The notes under the pieces: generated by a model
Seen by the model: the letters and a program-made list of their open reading frames with translations, nothing else
What the model was told of the DNA's origin: nothing
Database searches by the model: none
Part shown: positions 36,580 to 38,617 of the stretch, piece after piece
How the letters are laid out: each line of letters opens with the position of its first letter
How positions within the stretch are numbered: position 1 is the stretch's first letter
Position numbers and translations under genes: made by a program
Source: Parasitella parasitica NRRL 2501
Taxonomy: Eukaryota; Fungi; Mucoromycota
Direction: 5' to 3'
NCBI GenBank assembly: GCA_025201805.1
Contig: MU619404.1
Coordinates: 13,476-52,092 of the forward strand
DNA length: 38,617 nt

Positions 36580-38617
36580 TTGGTCCATATTTCGTTTATA
36601 AACCCGTCTTTATTTTCAGATCGAACTTAGTCACTCAAATTAATATATACTTTTTTATTTCTGGGGATATTAGCGCAAGTTGCAATAGCGACATATTCTG
36701 AGCTCGAATTTATCACTGCGAATATAGGCTTTTAGCGGTGAAGCACCTATTTCAATTAAGGAGCACAGCATGAACTTCATAAACAAATGGTTATTTCTTG
36801 ATACACATCAGTAGCCAAGATGCTGTAAAATATGACTTGAAAAGCTATTTTTATGTAGCTTTATGTTTTGGTTAAAATAATTGCGGTCTAATCATGACCA
36901 TCACCTTTTTCCCCGCTTAAAAGCATAATCTACAATCTCTGAAATCTTTACAAACTATTAAGCGACAGAGACACAACCTTCAGCCAAAATCTTCTTTTTT
37001 TGCAGCATTTTACAACATATCCGAGTTTTATGTACATATGGCCATTTTTCAGATTTTGTTATGTTTGGAGCCCAAACCTCATATTCGATTTTCAGTTTTC
37101 AACTTTGGGTCAACCTTCAGGGTCATTTTTAGGTACGGATTTGGCGTTCAAGCCAAGTATACATCCAAATACTGGTATGATAACTGTACCTCACTACGAC
37201 TTCCGATTCTCGATATCTATCTTTGCTGTCAAGATATTGCCAAAACTAAATTTTGCAGATTTTCCAAATTTTACAGCATATGGTCCTATAAGAAGTACAA
37301 AATTTTGCAATTAAATCATGTTAAAGTTCCTAAGTAAAGCAATAAAGTACGCTTCGGTACGCCTACTGGTAATAAACATGTTGTATTCAAGCTCAAATTT
37401 GACAAGCTTGGGCCAATTTGGTCTTTTTACGTTAAAATTTGTCTGCTTGTTTCTCCAAAAGCTATTATGACACTTTGGCTTGAGTGATTATTAAAATCTT
37501 TTTGAAACTTTGTTCACTGTTAGATTTATTAGTCATTAGATAGATATGTCAAAAATATATTTTTTCATACATTTTTAGCAGAGGCTTCATTTATTTTCAT
37601 ATCTTTCAAAGCAATAAATGGTAGTATTTAAAAATACAGGATATGTTAATACAACAGTGAGCTAAAAAATAGCTACGGAATGGTTTTTTTTTGGTCAAAA
37701 AATACAAATTTTTGGGCGAGAAAATCTCGAAAAACGGAATTGATTTTTACCCTTTTCAATGGCTTCATTTTGGCCCTCTAAACATAGGGCCAGAAAATTA
37801 TGGATTTATTTTGGTCGAGACAAGATTTCGATTTTTGGCAGATACAGTAGAGCTACAGAAGTGAACAAGATATTGATGTGTAGGCATTCAGATGATGGCT
37901 TGTTTGGTCAATTTTATTGAGCTAAATATGCTCAACCTATGCTCGATTTTACTCAAAAACTATCAAAAAAGGCGTTTTTTGAATATTTACAAATTGGTAA
38001 TATGAAAAGGTGTTTCTATAGCGTTGTAATCTATATGGTTAAATGCAAAATTTATTTTTTGTCATAAAACACTTAGTACGCATATCCGATATACCTATTG
38101 CGTTTATGAGATATTTAGCAATGAACTATACGAGAAAAAGCTCGAAACTGGTTTAGGTCAAATGTAAACACAGTGCTGAGATTCAATCTACAGCCTCTTT
38201 TTTTTTTTCGCTGTAAATGAGTACAACAACTATTTTCAATTGAAGAGCAAAGTATAATTCTAATAGGTACCTTGCGTATGTCTCCATATGAATCGATAGG
38301 TGATATACGGCATAATACGGGCTAAAAAACCATTTTTGTATACCTTTATTTTTGGATGAAATAAACACCAGCAAATCTGAAGTGTTACCTCTTTTCCTGC
38401 TTAAAGACATAACTTGCAATTACTGATGTCTTTGCAAACTATTAAGCGATGGATACACAATTTTCAGCCAAAATATTTCCCGTTTTTTGAACTATTCTAC
38501 AATATATTCAATTCTCAAACATTTCTGACCATGATTCGGATTCTGCGATGTTTGGACCCCAAACCTCATATTCGATTTTCAATTTTCAACTTTGGGTCAA
38601 TCTTTAGGGTCATTTTT
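36580..38617 (-). repeat. Tandem array of the ~1.48-kb repeat in inverted orientation, running off the window
   Basis: 38548-38617 repeats 37061-37130 (period 1487). 36580-37060 is a more diverged neighbouring unit. Confidence 0.9.

Noticed and set aside
33252-38419. Short ORFs inside the 1.48-kb repeat as genes
   Set aside because: Starts, stops and frames are not preserved between copies, and there are no domain motifs.

Overview
Eukaryotic fungal DNA, most likely Mucorales (AT-rich, short GT-AG introns with CTAAC-type branch sites, gene content typical of early-diverging fungi; the taxon is inferred). Positions 1-29.4 kb are gene-dense. They hold a window-truncated AT-hook-like ORF beside a ~250-bp inverted-repeat element, an H2A.Z with an atypical N-terminal tail, type I myosin, a Zds1-like PP2A regulator, an Abraxas/ABRO1 (FAM175) homolog, a MEF2-type MADS factor, a SpoU methyltransferase, JMJD4, an RGS protein, CDC50/LEM3, an HTH+Myb fusion protein, a PXB-PX-DUF3818 protein and an SRPK kinase. 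H2A.Z is absent from the ORF track and the Abraxas gene appears there only as a fragment. A ~285-nt fold-back region (22047-22331) is a candidate structured ncRNA. Positions ~29.8-38.6 kb contain no recognisable gene: a ~1.48-kb non-coding repeat family lies in tandem and inverted copies with a near-invariant 73-bp core overlapping an inverted-arm/8-bp-spacer site, interleaved with solo-LTR-like elements. All gene models were spliced and translated by eye, and no database search was run.
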